A stretch of 64,000 nt of DNA from Candidatus Acidiferrales bacterium. Its GTDB lineage: Bacteria; Chloroflexota; Dormibacteria; Aeolococcales; Bog-877. Where the stretch lies: the NCBI GenBank assembly GCA_035533655.1, contig DATLTJ010000031.1, positions 2,490 through 66,489 on the forward strand, read 5' to 3'. A model generated the notes under the pieces. The model was not told the DNA's origin, searched no databases, and saw only the letters and a list, made by a program, of their open reading frames with translations. This document shows, piece after piece, positions 31,069 to 40,860 of the stretch; the first letter of the stretch is position 1; each line of letters opens with the position of its first letter. A program made the translations under genes and the position numbers.

Positions 31069-31614
31069 TCACTCGGGGGGCGGCAGCGCCTGGCCGTCCG
31101 CCGTCAGCAGGTCGCTCCGGAGGAATACTGAGCGGGTCCGGTAGCCGGCCGCTTCCAGGCGCTCCCGACCGCCCTCCTCGCGATCCAAGAGGGTGTAGAG
31201 CGCCACGATCCGGGCTCCCGAGGCGGCCACCCTCTCCGCCGCCTGCAGCAGCGACCAGCCGGAGGTCAGGGCATCGTCCACCAGCGCCACCGCCTCCCCG
31301 GGGTCGGGGGCGAGCCCAGCGCACCATCCCCCAGCGCCGTGCTCCTTGACCTCCTTACGGACGATGAAGGCGGAGATCCGGGGCCCCTGGTCAAGAGCGC
31401 TGCAGAGGGCGACCGCCGTCACCATGGGATCCGCGCCGAGCGTGGGGCCGCCAATCTTGGTCACCTGATCCTCGCGGGCGAATCGCAGCATGGCCTTTCC
31501 CACCAGCAATGACCCCCGGGGGTCGAGCGTCACCAGCCGCCCGTCGAAGTAGTAGGGACTGCGGCGGCCGCTGGCGAGCAGAAAGTCGCCGACCCGAAAG
31601 GCTCGGGTCAGCAT
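31069..31614 (-). CDS. pyrE: Orotate phosphoribosyltransferase.
   Basis: PRPP-binding loop ALVDDALTSGWS and N-terminal FRVGDFLLASGRRSPYYFD. ATG at 31614 verified. Confidence 0.85.
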   Translation of the reverse strand: MLTRAFRVGDFLLASGRRSPYYFDGRLVTLDPRGSLLVGKAMLRFAREDQVTKIGGPTLGADPMVTAVALCSALDQGPRISAFIVRKEVKEHGAGGWCAGLAPDPGEAVALVDDALTSGWSLLQAAERVAASGARIVALYTLLDREEGGRERLEAAGYRTRSVFLRSDLLTADGQALPPPE

Positions 31615-31652
31615 CAGTCCCAACAGCTGGCTCCGCTCCGCGTCCTCCGGGA

Positions 31653-33149
31653 TCACGCCTGGGTCGAGTCCGGGCGCCACCTCAGCACCGGGTGGCGGGC
31701 GGCCTGGACCTCGTCGACCCGGCCCACCGGCGCCTGATGCGGAGCGGTGCGCAGGATCTCCGGGTCGCGCCCGCCCTCCTCCATGATCGCCTGGACCACT
31801 GCCGCCAGCTCGTCCAGCGAGCGCTTGGACTCGGTCTCGGTCGGTTCGAACATCATGGCTTCGGGCACGGTCATCGGGAAATAAACCGTCGGTGGATACA
31901 CGCCGTAATCGATCATCCGCTTGGCGATGTCCAGGGCCCGCAGCTCCGAGTACGGCGGCTTCGCCCGCTTGGGAGTGGCGACGAATTCGTGAAAGGAGTC
32001 GCCGTCGATGGCGACCGGCAGCCACGGTTCCAATTGATGCCGCAGATAACGAGCGCCCAGGACGGCGTCACGGGCGACCTGAGCGATGTCGTCCCCATAG
32101 GCGCGAATGTAGGCGTAGGCGCGCACCAGCATGCCAAAGTTGCCGTAGAACGAACGCACTTTGCCGATGCTGTGGGGTTGCTGATAGTCCCACTCAAACC
32201 CAGTCTCGGTGCGCGCTATTCGCGGCACCGGCAGGAAATCTTGCAGCGCGGCCGACACGCCCACGGGACCAGCTCCGGGGCCGCCGCCGCCGTGCGGGGT
32301 AGAGAAGGTCTTGTGCAGATTGAGGTGTACGACGTCGAATCCCATGTCGCCTGGCCGGGCCATGCCCACCAAGGCGTTGAGGTTGGCGCCGTCGTAGTAG
32401 AGCAGCGCGCCGGCATCATGCGCGAGGCGGGCCATTTCCTCGATGTTTCGCTCAAAAATGCCCAGGGTGTTGGGATTTGTGAGCATTACAGCGGCGACTT
32501 TGGGCCCCAACTTAGCCGCGAAATCCTCCAGATCGACCGTGCCGTCAGCCGCGCTACGCACCGTCACCACGGTCAGCCCGCACTGAGCGGCGCTCGCGGG
32601 GTTGGTTCCATGCGCGGTGTCGGGAATGATCACCTCTGTACGCGCGTGATCCTCGTGACGCCGGTGGTACGCCTGAATCATCCGCAGCCCGCACCACTCC
32701 CCGTGCGCACCGGCGGCGGGCTGGAGGGACACCGCCTGCATACCGGTGATGTGGCAGAGCATTTGCTCCAGGTCCCACATGAGCTCCAGGGCACCCTGGA
32801 TGGATTCCACCGGCTGGAGCGGGTGAATGTCCGCGAATCCGTCGAGCGCAGCCGCCTGCTCGTTGACGGCGGGGTTGTACTTCATGGTGCAGGACCCCAG
32901 TGGATAGGCCCCCTGCTGGAGGTTGTGGTTGCGCCGACCGAGCCTCCCGAAATGCCGCGCCAGGTCCGGCTCGTTCACTGCGGGGATCTGGGCCGGGCGC
33001 TGCCGCCGCCAGCCAACCGGCAGCGCCTCCGCCAAGCCCGGTTCATCAACGCCGGCGGGGGGGAGCATCGGCCCGGGGCTGTCCTGACTCGTCAGCTCAA
33101 AGAGCAGGGGCTCCGGACCCGCCCACGCTGGCTCGAGGATCTGACTCAT
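31653..33149 (-). CDS. gcvPB: Glycine dehydrogenase (decarboxylating) subunit 2.
   Basis: PLP region HLNLHKTFSTPHGGGGPG. ATG at 33149 is in an ATGA overlap with the gcvPA stop. Confidence 0.9.
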   Translation of the reverse strand: MSQILEPAWAGPEPLLFELTSQDSPGPMLPPAGVDEPGLAEALPVGWRRQRPAQIPAVNEPDLARHFGRLGRRNHNLQQGAYPLGSCTMKYNPAVNEQAAALDGFADIHPLQPVESIQGALELMWDLEQMLCHITGMQAVSLQPAAGAHGEWCGLRMIQAYHRRHEDHARTEVIIPDTAHGTNPASAAQCGLTVVTVRSAADGTVDLEDFAAKLGPKVAAVMLTNPNTLGIFERNIEEMARLAHDAGALLYYDGANLNALVGMARPGDMGFDVVHLNLHKTFSTPHGGGGPGAGPVGVSAALQDFLPVPRIARTETGFEWDYQQPHSIGKVRSFYGNFGMLVRAYAYIRAYGDDIAQVARDAVLGARYLRHQLEPWLPVAIDGDSFHEFVATPKRAKPPYSELRALDIAKRMIDYGVYPPTVYFPMTVPEAMMFEPTETESKRSLDELAAVVQAIMEEGGRDPEILRTAPHQAPVGRVDEVQAARHPVLRWRPDSTQA

Positions 33150-34519
33150 CCCAGCGCCCCCACCGGCAGGCTGGGTGCCGCTACCCGGCTGAGCCTGGTC
33201 ACCAGCCGGTCCATGGCGGCGGGTGAGGTCATCTCCGTGGTGCACACCAGTAGACAGCGGGCGAGCTCCGAGTCCACCGCACCCAGCGGGTAGCCGGCCA
33301 GGATCCCGTCGCCGGCTAGCTCGCTCGCCAACGGCTCGGCCTCCACCGGAGTTTCGATGACGAACTCCCAGAGGAAATCACGTTCGGGGAACTTCAGGCT
33401 GAATCCGGGGATCTGACCGAGCCGATCGGCGAGGTGGTGCGCCCGGCGGTAGGAGATGTCCGCCACCCCGCGGAGTCCCGCCTCACCCATCTTCGCCAGG
33501 TAGGTTGTGGCGGCCAGCGCCATCAGGGCGTGGTTGGTGCAGATATTGGAGGTCGCCCGCTCGCGCCGGATATGCTGCTCGCGGGTTTGGAGGGTAAGGC
33601 AAAAGGCGCGGCCGCCCCGGGAATCGGTGGTCAAGCCCACCAAGCGTCCAGGGATGCGGCGGACCAGCTCATCCCGGCACGCGAGCAGGCCCACCGTGGG
33701 GCCTCCAAGCTGCGGGGGTATCCCGAGCTGCTGACCGTCCGCGGCGACCAGGTCGGCCCCGAGCGCCCCGGGTGGATCCACCACCGCGGCCGCGATAGGG
33801 TCGGCCACGACCAGCGCCAGCGCGCCCGCTTGGTGAGCCATCTCGACCAAATCGCCGACGGGCTCCAGCAGCCCCAAGAAGTTGGGCTGGGACACGACCA
33901 CGACCGCGGGTTCCCCGCCAGCCAGGGCGCGGCGGACGGCCTGCAGATCGGTGACGCCTTCCCGAGAAGGCAGCCGCACCAGCTCCGCACCTCGGCCTGA
34001 GATGTAGGTCTCGAGCACGGCCAGCACCTCCGGGTGGAGCGTGGAGGCGGCCAGCACCCGCCGCCGACCCGTGTGCAGCGTCGCCAGCAGCGCGCCCTCA
34101 GCGGTGGCAGTGGCCACGTCGTACATCGAGGCATTGGCGACATCGAGGTCGAAGAGCTCCGCCACCATCGACTGGAACTCGAAGATCGACTGCAGGTAGC
34201 CCTGGCTGGCCTCGGCCTGGTACGGCGTGTAGGCGGTATAGAACTCGGGCCGGCCGATGGTGGCCCGCACGATCGCCGGAATGAAGCGGGAGTAGACGCC
34301 GGCCCCCAAAAAGCAGTCCCATTGCGACAGCGGTCGGTTGCGCCCTGCGAGCCGGCGCATCTCGGCGATCAGGTCCAGCTCCGAGAGCGGCGGTGGTAGT
34401 TCTAGTACGGGCTCGCGCAGGCGCGCCGGGACATCCCGAAACAGCTCGCCGACTGAGTTCAGCCCCAGGGCGGAGAGCATCCCCGCTCGATCTGAGTCCG
34501 AATTTGGAAGATAGGCCAT
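33146..34519 (-). CDS. gcvPA: Glycine dehydrogenase (decarboxylating) subunit 1.
   Basis: FLGAGVY, YTPYQAE(A)SQG, NASMYD. Confidence 0.9.
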   Translation of the reverse strand: MAYLPNSDSDRAGMLSALGLNSVGELFRDVPARLREPVLELPPPLSELDLIAEMRRLAGRNRPLSQWDCFLGAGVYSRFIPAIVRATIGRPEFYTAYTPYQAEASQGYLQSIFEFQSMVAELFDLDVANASMYDVATATAEGALLATLHTGRRRVLAASTLHPEVLAVLETYISGRGAELVRLPSREGVTDLQAVRRALAGGEPAVVVVSQPNFLGLLEPVGDLVEMAHQAGALALVVADPIAAAVVDPPGALGADLVAADGQQLGIPPQLGGPTVGLLACRDELVRRIPGRLVGLTTDSRGGRAFCLTLQTREQHIRRERATSNICTNHALMALAATTYLAKMGEAGLRGVADISYRRAHHLADRLGQIPGFSLKFPERDFLWEFVIETPVEAEPLASELAGDGILAGYPLGAVDSELARCLLVCTTEMTSPAAMDRLVTRLSRVAAPSLPVGALG

Positions 34520-34554
34520 GGAAAGGCTGGCGCCTCCGCTGAGAAGTCCGACCG

Positions 34555-34944
34555 CTAGTGCGAATCCGCCTGCGCGAACGAATCGTACGCGGCGGAATCG
34601 AGGAGATCGCTCGGCAGATCTCCTGCGACGCGAAGTCGGATCAGCCAGCCCTTACCGTGCGGGTCCTGATTGACCAGTTCGGGGGATGCGCTGACGTCGG
34701 GGTTAACCGCGATCACCTCGCCACTGACCGGCGAGTAGAGATCGCTGGCCGCCTTGACCGACTCCACGGCCCCGAAGCGAGTTCCCGCGCCCACGCTGGC
34801 CCCCACCTTCGGCAGCTCGAGAAAGATCACATCGCCGAGTTGGGCTTGGGCATGGTCGGTGATTCCCACCACCGCCTCCCCGGTTCCTTCCTCACGGACC
34901 CACTCGTGGGTCTTAGTGAAGCGATACGCGCTCAAGTCGGGCAC
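34555..34944 (-). CDS. gcvH: Glycine cleavage system H protein.
   Basis: Lipoyl-lysine region ESVKAASDLYSPVSGEV. Confidence 0.9.
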   Translation of the reverse strand: MPDLSAYRFTKTHEWVREEGTGEAVVGITDHAQAQLGDVIFLELPKVGASVGAGTRFGAVESVKAASDLYSPVSGEVIAVNPDVSASPELVNQDPHGKGWLIRLRVAGDLPSDLLDSAAYDSFAQADSH

Positions 34945-34977
34945 CAGCTCTCCTCCCGTTCCGTCCAGCCCGCCGCG

Positions 34978-36087
34978 TCAGATCTCGGGTCGTTTGTAGA
35001 AAGGTAGCGCCACGACCGGCGCCTCCGCCCACTGCGGCGGGTCGACCCGGAGTTGGATCCGGAGCTCGGTTCCCGGGGCGGCGCTGGCGGGCTCGACGTA
35101 GCCCATCGCCAAACCGGCTCCCACCGTGAACCCGAAGGAGCCGCTGGTAACCTCGCCGACCCGCTTTGAGCCCTGATAAATCGCGTGCCCGTGGCGGGGG
35201 ATCTCCCGAGGGCCGAGCTGCATTCCAATGAAGGTTCGAGGCGGGGCGGCCGCGATAGCGGCGAGCGCCTCGCTTCCGACGAAGGGTCCCTTGGTCGGCT
35301 TCACCACCCAGCCCAGCCCGGCGCTCAGCGGGTCAGCGGCCTCGTCGATGTCTTGGCCGTAGAGGCGGAACCCGGCCTCCAACCGCAAAGTGTCGCGAGC
35401 CCCCAGCCCGGCGGGGATCAGCCCCTGCGGCTCGCCCGCCTCGAGGAGTGCCGACCAGAGCCGCTCCGCATCGGCCGCGTTGGCATAGAGCTCAAACCCG
35501 TCCTCGCCGGTGTACCCGGTCCGCGAGATTCGGACCGGCACCCCGGCCAACTCGCCGAAGCGGTGATGGTAGTAGCGAATGGAGTCCAGCTTCTCACCGA
35601 GGCTGAGTGACTGCACAATCTGCTTGGCCTGGGGTCCTTGGACCGCCAGGAGGACGGTCTCCGGGGAGACATCGCTGATCAGGGCATCGTATCCGGAAAG
35701 ACTCTGCCGCATCCAGTCCAGATCGACGTCGTGGCGGGCGGCGTTAACGACGCATAGGTACCCGACCTCGTCACGGTAGACCAGCAGGTCGTCGACGATG
35801 CCGCCGTCCGGGTGGCACATCACCGTGTAGAGAGCCCGGCCGGAGATGAGTTTGGAGACATCGTTGGTCACCAGCCGCTCCAGGAAGTCGAGAGCCCCGG
35901 GACCGGTGACATTGACCTCGCCCATGTGGGAGACGTCAAACAGTCCAGCCCGCTCCCGAACCGCCAGGTGTTCCCCGCGGATCGAGCCGTAGTGGAGCGG
36001 CATGGAGTAGCCGGCAAAGGGCACCATCTGCCCGCCCCGCGCTCGGTGGGCAGCGTCGAGCGGGACGGTTTTAATTCCTTCGCTCAT
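34978..36087 (-). CDS. gcvT: Aminomethyltransferase (glycine cleavage T protein).
   Basis: [21 protein letters not shown]. Confidence 0.9.
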   Translation of the reverse strand: MSEGIKTVPLDAAHRARGGQMVPFAGYSMPLHYGSIRGEHLAVRERAGLFDVSHMGEVNVTGPGALDFLERLVTNDVSKLISGRALYTVMCHPDGGIVDDLLVYRDEVGYLCVVNAARHDVDLDWMRQSLSGYDALISDVSPETVLLAVQGPQAKQIVQSLSLGEKLDSIRYYHHRFGELAGVPVRISRTGYTGEDGFELYANAADAERLWSALLEAGEPQGLIPAGLGARDTLRLEAGFRLYGQDIDEAADPLSAGLGWVVKPTKGPFVGSEALAAIAAAPPRTFIGMQLGPREIPRHGHAIYQGSKRVGEVTSGSFGFTVGAGLAMGYVEPASAAPGTELRIQLRVDPPQWAEAPVVALPFYKRPEI

Positions 36088-36698
36088 GAGCCTTCGATCT
36101 CCCCCAGGATGTCCATCAGTTCAACGTCATGTTGCGAGCGAGCTTCATCGACCGCCCGGCGGAGCTGCGCTACTCGGGCGACTGGCCAGCTCAGATGAGC
36201 GGCCAGCTGCAGGTCGGTCGGCACGGTGTCCGTATCGAGCCGTAACTCCGCCTCGGCCGCGAAGAGTCTCTCCGCGTCGGCGGCCCAGCGCAGATCCTCC
36301 AGTCGGGCGTCCTCCTCCTCAGCCACCAGCGAATCCATCACCTGGCCCACTGCCTGGCGCACTCGGCCGAGGAACTGGTCGGGCGAGAGCGGACGGTAGG
36401 GATCGAGGCCGTGCACCACCGTCACTAGCGCAGTGCTCCCTTCCTGGAAGAGGTCTTCTACGGGCAGCGTCTCCGAGTGGTGGGACTCAGCTGCTTGGAG
36501 AACGGCCCAGAGCGTTCCCTCGACCAGCTGCTGGGCGGTCTCCGCCCGCGACTCCGGTCCTGGGGAATTCGCCAGGAGTGCCTTCAGCTGTTTCCCGCTC
36601 AGCCGCGGGAAGCCAGCGACCAGCTGGCCGACATCCTGGGGACCGGCCGGTTCGTCCTCCTCCTCCCCGGATTCCGACTTCGATCGGCCCCTGACCAC
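36084..36698 (-). CDS. Hypothetical acidic protein, translationally coupled to gcvT.
   Basis: 204 aa, Glu/Asp-rich N-terminus, helical composition, not GC-artefact-like. ATGA overlap with gcvT. No family recognised. Confidence 0.5.
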   Translation of the reverse strand: MVRGRSKSESGEEEDEPAGPQDVGQLVAGFPRLSGKQLKALLANSPGPESRAETAQQLVEGTLWAVLQAAESHHSETLPVEDLFQEGSTALVTVVHGLDPYRPLSPDQFLGRVRQAVGQVMDSLVAEEEDARLEDLRWAADAERLFAAEAELRLDTDTVPTDLQLAAHLSWPVARVAQLRRAVDEARSQHDVELMDILGEIEGS

Positions 36699-36768
36699 TG
36701 CCCGAGTATAGAAGCGGTGGCCGCGATCCCCCGAACGCGCGATACGCTCACACCCGTAGACTCGATCC

Positions 36769-38235
36769 GTGGCCCCAAGTCGCCTCCGCGTCCCGCCTGA
36801 TCAAGATCTGCTTATCTTCGGCGCCACCGGCGATTTGGCCCAGCGCAAGCTGCTCCCGGCGCTCTACGAGGTCAGCCTCCAGGGCCTGCTGCCGCGGAAG
36901 TGCGACATTCTGGGAACCGCTACCAAAGAGCTTGGTGATCACGGATTCCGGGAGATAGCTGAGGACGCAGTCAAGCAGTACTCGCGGAGCGGATTTCAGC
37001 GGGAGGGCTTCGCGAATTTCGCCAAGCGGCTCCGCTACGTCACCACCTCCCACGACCAGAGGGGCACGGGGGAGAAGTTGGCCAAGGCACTCAAGCAGCC
37101 ACACCGGCTCATCTACTTCGCGGTACCGCCCTCTGCCGTCGTGACCATCCTTCAGGAGTTGAAGGGAGCGGGTCTGGCCAGGGGCTCGTCGGTGATCATC
37201 GAGAAACCATTCGGGCACGACCTGAAGTCCGCTGTGGAGCTCAACCTCGCCCTGCACAAGACGGTGCCCGAGGAGCGGATCTACCGGATCGACCATTACC
37301 TTGGCAAGGAAACGGTGCAGAATCTCCTGGTTTTTCGCTTCGGGAATACGCTGGTCGAGAGGATTTGGAACCGCAACGTGGTCGACCAGGTGCAGCTGAC
37401 CGTGGCCGAAGACATCGGCATCGAGAGCCGAGGCCGCCTCTACGAGGAGACGGGAGCGATCCGGGACATCTTCCAGAACCATCTGCTGCAGCTGCTCGCC
37501 CTCACCTGCATGTCCCCGCCCAGCTCGTTCGATCCGGAAGCGCTGCGGGATGAGAAGGTCAAGGTGCTCAATTCGATCCGCCCGGTGATGCCGAGCGAGG
37601 TGGTCAGGGGCCAGTACACCAGAGGGACTGTCAACGGCGTCACCATGCCCGGCTACCGCGAGGTCGACGGCGTGTCACCCGACTCCACCACCGAGACCTA
37701 CGTGGCGATGCGGCTGAACGTCGATACCTGGGACTGGGCCGGGGTCCCGTTCTACCTCCGCTGTGGCAAGGCCCTCAACACCCGCCGCACCGAGATCATG
37801 CTGTTCTGCCGCGACGTGCCCCTGCACCTGTTCGAGGGCACTGGGATCGAGCACCTCACCCCGAACCGAGTCACCATTCGGATCCAACCAGACGAGGGGA
37901 TCTCCTTCTCGTTCATGGCCAAGCAGCCTGGGGCCACCGTGGTCGAGCAACCGGTGCGGATGGATTTCTCCTACGGACACTCGTTCAAGACAGAACCGGC
38001 CGAGGCGTACGAGCGGCTACTGCACGACGCCCTCCTGGGAGATCACACCCTGTTCATCCGCCAGGACGAGACCGAGGCGGCCTGGGCGGCCCTCGAGCCG
38101 GTGCTGGAGAACATGCCCCGGGTCAACCTATACCCGGCGGGCAGTGAGGGCCCGGAATCCGCCGACTCGCTGCTGCTCTCCGGATCATGGCACGACCTCT
38201 CGCACCATACGGATACGGGCGACCCCGAGGGCTGA
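36769..38235 (+). CDS. zwf: Glucose-6-phosphate 1-dehydrogenase.
   Basis: NADP site FGATGDLAQRKL, active-site IDHYLGKE, RDIFQNHLLQ. Confidence 0.9.
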   Translation: MAPSRLRVPPDQDLLIFGATGDLAQRKLLPALYEVSLQGLLPRKCDILGTATKELGDHGFREIAEDAVKQYSRSGFQREGFANFAKRLRYVTTSHDQRGTGEKLAKALKQPHRLIYFAVPPSAVVTILQELKGAGLARGSSVIIEKPFGHDLKSAVELNLALHKTVPEERIYRIDHYLGKETVQNLLVFRFGNTLVERIWNRNVVDQVQLTVAEDIGIESRGRLYEETGAIRDIFQNHLLQLLALTCMSPPSSFDPEALRDEKVKVLNSIRPVMPSEVVRGQYTRGTVNGVTMPGYREVDGVSPDSTTETYVAMRLNVDTWDWAGVPFYLRCGKALNTRRTEIMLFCRDVPLHLFEGTGIEHLTPNRVTIRIQPDEGISFSFMAKQPGATVVEQPVRMDFSYGHSFKTEPAEAYERLLHDALLGDHTLFIRQDETEAAWAALEPVLENMPRVNLYPAGSEGPESADSLLLSGSWHDLSHHTDTGDPEG

Positions 38236-38239
38236 GCCG

Positions 38240-38842
38240 CTAGGCGGCCCCGGTTCTGGCCGGGAGTAGGTCAGCAACCAGTTGATCTGCCTCGATCCAG
38301 CCGTCTTGGACCTGGTCGCCGGTCCCCGCCCTGACCCGCACCCAGCGACCGGTCTGCTGCAGCGCCACCAGCGGACTGGACGGGCGTACGGGCACGCTCC
38401 GCTTGGCTCCGTAGTCAGGGCCCGAGAACAGCGGATACCCAGTACCCGCCCAACTCTGGACCACCGTGCACGGCCCGGGGGGAATCGTCCGCACCCGGTA
38501 GACGGTGGCTTGGTCGCGCTCGCCGTGGGCCAGGATTCGGAGCAAATTGAGTGCCCGGAGGGTCGCGCTGCGCTGGCCTTGGGCGACCATGGTCAGCTGG
38601 GTGCCCTGGCTGGTCGGGTGACACTCGATGCGCACCTTGGTTTTGGAGTGCTTCACCTTGCTCCATTGGCCGAAAAAGCCGTTGGCCAGCACCTGGGCGA
38701 CCTCGGCGGTGTGTTCGTCGATGATCCGGAAGCTGAACGGAGGCAGCGCCATCAGCTGCTCCGCAAGCACGAACACTTCGCGCGGCGGCGCATAGACGGT
38801 CGTGACCCAGCGGTTGGTGCGCGGCCGTCCGAGATACAGCAT
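38240..38842 (-). CDS. Hypothetical protein with a C-terminal SH3b-like domain.
   Basis: 200 aa; the C-terminus (LVALQQTGRWVRVRAGTGDQVQDGWIEADQL) is SH3-like. Confidence 0.45.
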   Translation of the reverse strand: MLYLGRPRTNRWVTTVYAPPREVFVLAEQLMALPPFSFRIIDEHTAEVAQVLANGFFGQWSKVKHSKTKVRIECHPTSQGTQLTMVAQGQRSATLRALNLLRILAHGERDQATVYRVRTIPPGPCTVVQSWAGTGYPLFSGPDYGAKRSVPVRPSSPLVALQQTGRWVRVRAGTGDQVQDGWIEADQLVADLLPARTGAA

Positions 38843-38910
38843 GCTCAGATTCTAGGCGGGCGCCCTTGGGACCGGGGTGCGCCCGGGAACCGCGCCCGTC
38901 CTCACCAAAT

Positions 38911-39969
38911 TCAGCGCAGCAGCGGCCGCCGCCGGAGCAGGAGGGCTTCGAGGCCGTGCAGCACCGGGTCGAGGGGCCCCAGGACCGGAGCGATCATCAG
39001 GCCGCTGTAGGTGGCTATCTGTCCGCTCCACTTCGTCTTGAATTTCGCGTAGCCGTGGGCCGGGTTGGCGCGGTCGAATCGTCGGGGCACGCCCCACATG
39101 TCATAGATCTCGCACCCCTGCGCGATCCCCCACTGCATCATCGCCCACTGCATTGCGTAGCTGGCGTGCGCGCGCGGCACGGCAGTGCTGGTGCCGCCGA
39201 AGAGGTGCACCAAGCGTCTCCCGAAAGCCACCGTCAATCCTCCCGCCAGGGGCTGACCCTGGTAGGACGCGATGAAGATGGTCGCTCCCAATTCTTCGGC
39301 GGCCGCTTGGTAGTAGGAGAGGGGGCGGAGATGGAGCTGCTTGCGACCCACCGTATCCATGTGCAGCGAATAAAAGGTGGCCACTGCCTCCGACGTGCGT
39401 TCGGCCGTGACCACGACCCCCTCGCGCTCGGAGACGCGAAGGCAGTACTTGGTCGCCGAGGGGATCCGCGCCGAGAGGGCCTCGACGCCGCCGCGCAGAT
39501 CAACCAACCAGGTCTGGCGGTGCTGGACATCGAAGCGAGCGGGACGGAGGCCACAGCGAGCGCGGAGCACCTGCGCCGCCGAGGAATCGACCGGCCATTC
39601 GGGATCGCATTTGAGCTGGAACGCCTTTTGGAGGCGCAATCGGCGCGCTGCGGCCTGCAACAGCGCACGACCTGCCTCGACATCTCCCAGCGACGAAAGC
39701 ACCGGTCCCTGGGGAGAATATCCCCAGCCAAAACCCCCGGGACCGATGCCCTGATGCAAGACTTGGATGGCTCCCGCCCACTCCTCCTCGGGACCGCGCA
39801 GCGCGGCCAGCCGAAAGACCTGCCAGCCGTACTGGCGGCGCAACTCCCCCCAGCCCCAGGCCTGGAGCAGGTTGCCCGTCTCCTGGTTGCTGACGTAGCT
39901 GTCCCACTGTTGCTTGACGTCGTCCGAGACCGCCACCACCCGGACGCCGCGATCTTCCAGGACCTTCAC
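38911..39969 (-). CDS. FemAB-family aminoacyl-tRNA-dependent peptidyltransferase (peptidoglycan bridge formation).
   Basis: 352 aa. FemAB-like C-terminal region (YYQAAAEELG..FIASYQGQPLAGGLTVAFGRRLVHLFGGTS..YAMQWAMMQW..YDMWG..GYAKFKTKWSG). Confidence 0.7.
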   Translation of the reverse strand: MKVLEDRGVRVVAVSDDVKQQWDSYVSNQETGNLLQAWGWGELRRQYGWQVFRLAALRGPEEEWAGAIQVLHQGIGPGGFGWGYSPQGPVLSSLGDVEAGRALLQAAARRLRLQKAFQLKCDPEWPVDSSAAQVLRARCGLRPARFDVQHRQTWLVDLRGGVEALSARIPSATKYCLRVSEREGVVVTAERTSEAVATFYSLHMDTVGRKQLHLRPLSYYQAAAEELGATIFIASYQGQPLAGGLTVAFGRRLVHLFGGTSTAVPRAHASYAMQWAMMQWGIAQGCEIYDMWGVPRRFDRANPAHGYAKFKTKWSGQIATYSGLMIAPVLGPLDPVLHGLEALLLRRRPLLR

Positions 39970-40064
39970 TCTCCGCTTGTCGAGCCGGCTGACATCGACC
40001 CCATTATCTGTGCCGGAGTTCCGCCTCGAGTCAGTTTTGAATAGCGGCGTATCATCGAAGAACC

Positions 40065-40847
40065 ATGCGTCGAGGGCCGGTTGTGGGCGCGGTTCTAGTA
40101 GCCGCTGGCGGCTTCTTCGGAAGTCAGCTACCGGCCATGGCGGCCAGCCCCGGGGTTCAGGCCATCCACCATCCAGGGGGATTCGTCGGCGTGGTGGCCA
40201 ACCCCACCGTGGCCTTCGTGCTGATTCTGCTGGCGCTTTTGGGGGTGGGATTGGAGATCCTCCACCGCGGGACGTTCGTGTTTGGCACGGTTGGACTGGT
40301 GGCCGGGGCCCTGGCCGTGCTGGGGCTCGCCAACCAGCCAGTCGACTTACTGGGCCTGTTCTTGGTCGGCGCCGCAGCAGCGCTCTTGGTGGTCGATACC
40401 TCGGTGCAGAGCCACGGCCTGATCAGCCTGGCCGGCGTCATGGCAGCGATAGCAGGGGGCCTCGTCCTCTATCAGAGCTCTCCCGGTGAAAGCGGGGTGA
40501 GCCTGGTAGCGCTGATCACGGTGCCGGTCCTGCTGGGCGGCACCTGGATCACCTTGAGTCGGCGCGCGCTCCGGGTCCGGCATCTCCCCTACGCTTCCAC
40601 CTCCCATGAACTCCTGGGGCTCACTGCCGTGGTGCGCGAGCGGGCCGACCCGACCGGGATCGCCGCCGTCGAGGGAGAGCTGTGGAGGATCACCGCACGG
40701 CACGGTGAGCCGATCGAGGTCGGCACCAATGTGGAAGTAATGGCCGAGGATGGCCTTACGCTGATTGTGGATCCGCTGCCCGGCCCGCCGACCGTCAGCG
40801 AACAAGTGGCCGAACCCGGCGTGGGTGCCGGGGCCCGTATCGAATAA
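40065..40847 (+). CDS. NfeD-family membrane protein (partner of SPFH/stomatin).
   Basis: Multi-TM N-terminus plus a C-terminal OB-fold (GELWRITARHGEPIEVGTNVEVMAEDGLTLIV). Confidence 0.7.
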   Translation: MRRGPVVGAVLVAAGGFFGSQLPAMAASPGVQAIHHPGGFVGVVANPTVAFVLILLALLGVGLEILHRGTFVFGTVGLVAGALAVLGLANQPVDLLGLFLVGAAAALLVVDTSVQSHGLISLAGVMAAIAGGLVLYQSSPGESGVSLVALITVPVLLGGTWITLSRRALRVRHLPYASTSHELLGLTAVVRERADPTGIAAVEGELWRITARHGEPIEVGTNVEVMAEDGLTLIVDPLPGPPTVSEQVAEPGVGAGARIE

Positions 40848-40860
40848 GGAGGGCGAGGCA

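Noticed and set aside
36084-36698. Calling the acidic gcvT-coupled protein a sigma-70 region 1.1/1.2 fragment.
   Set aside because: There is only a vague compositional resemblance (acidic N-terminus, helical). No region 2-4 motifs are present. It is left as hypothetical.
36088-36768. Glycine riboswitch upstream of gcvT.
   Set aside because: No ACCGAAGG / GGAGAG core found on the minus strand. The interval is occupied by a plausibly real ORF that overlaps gcvT.
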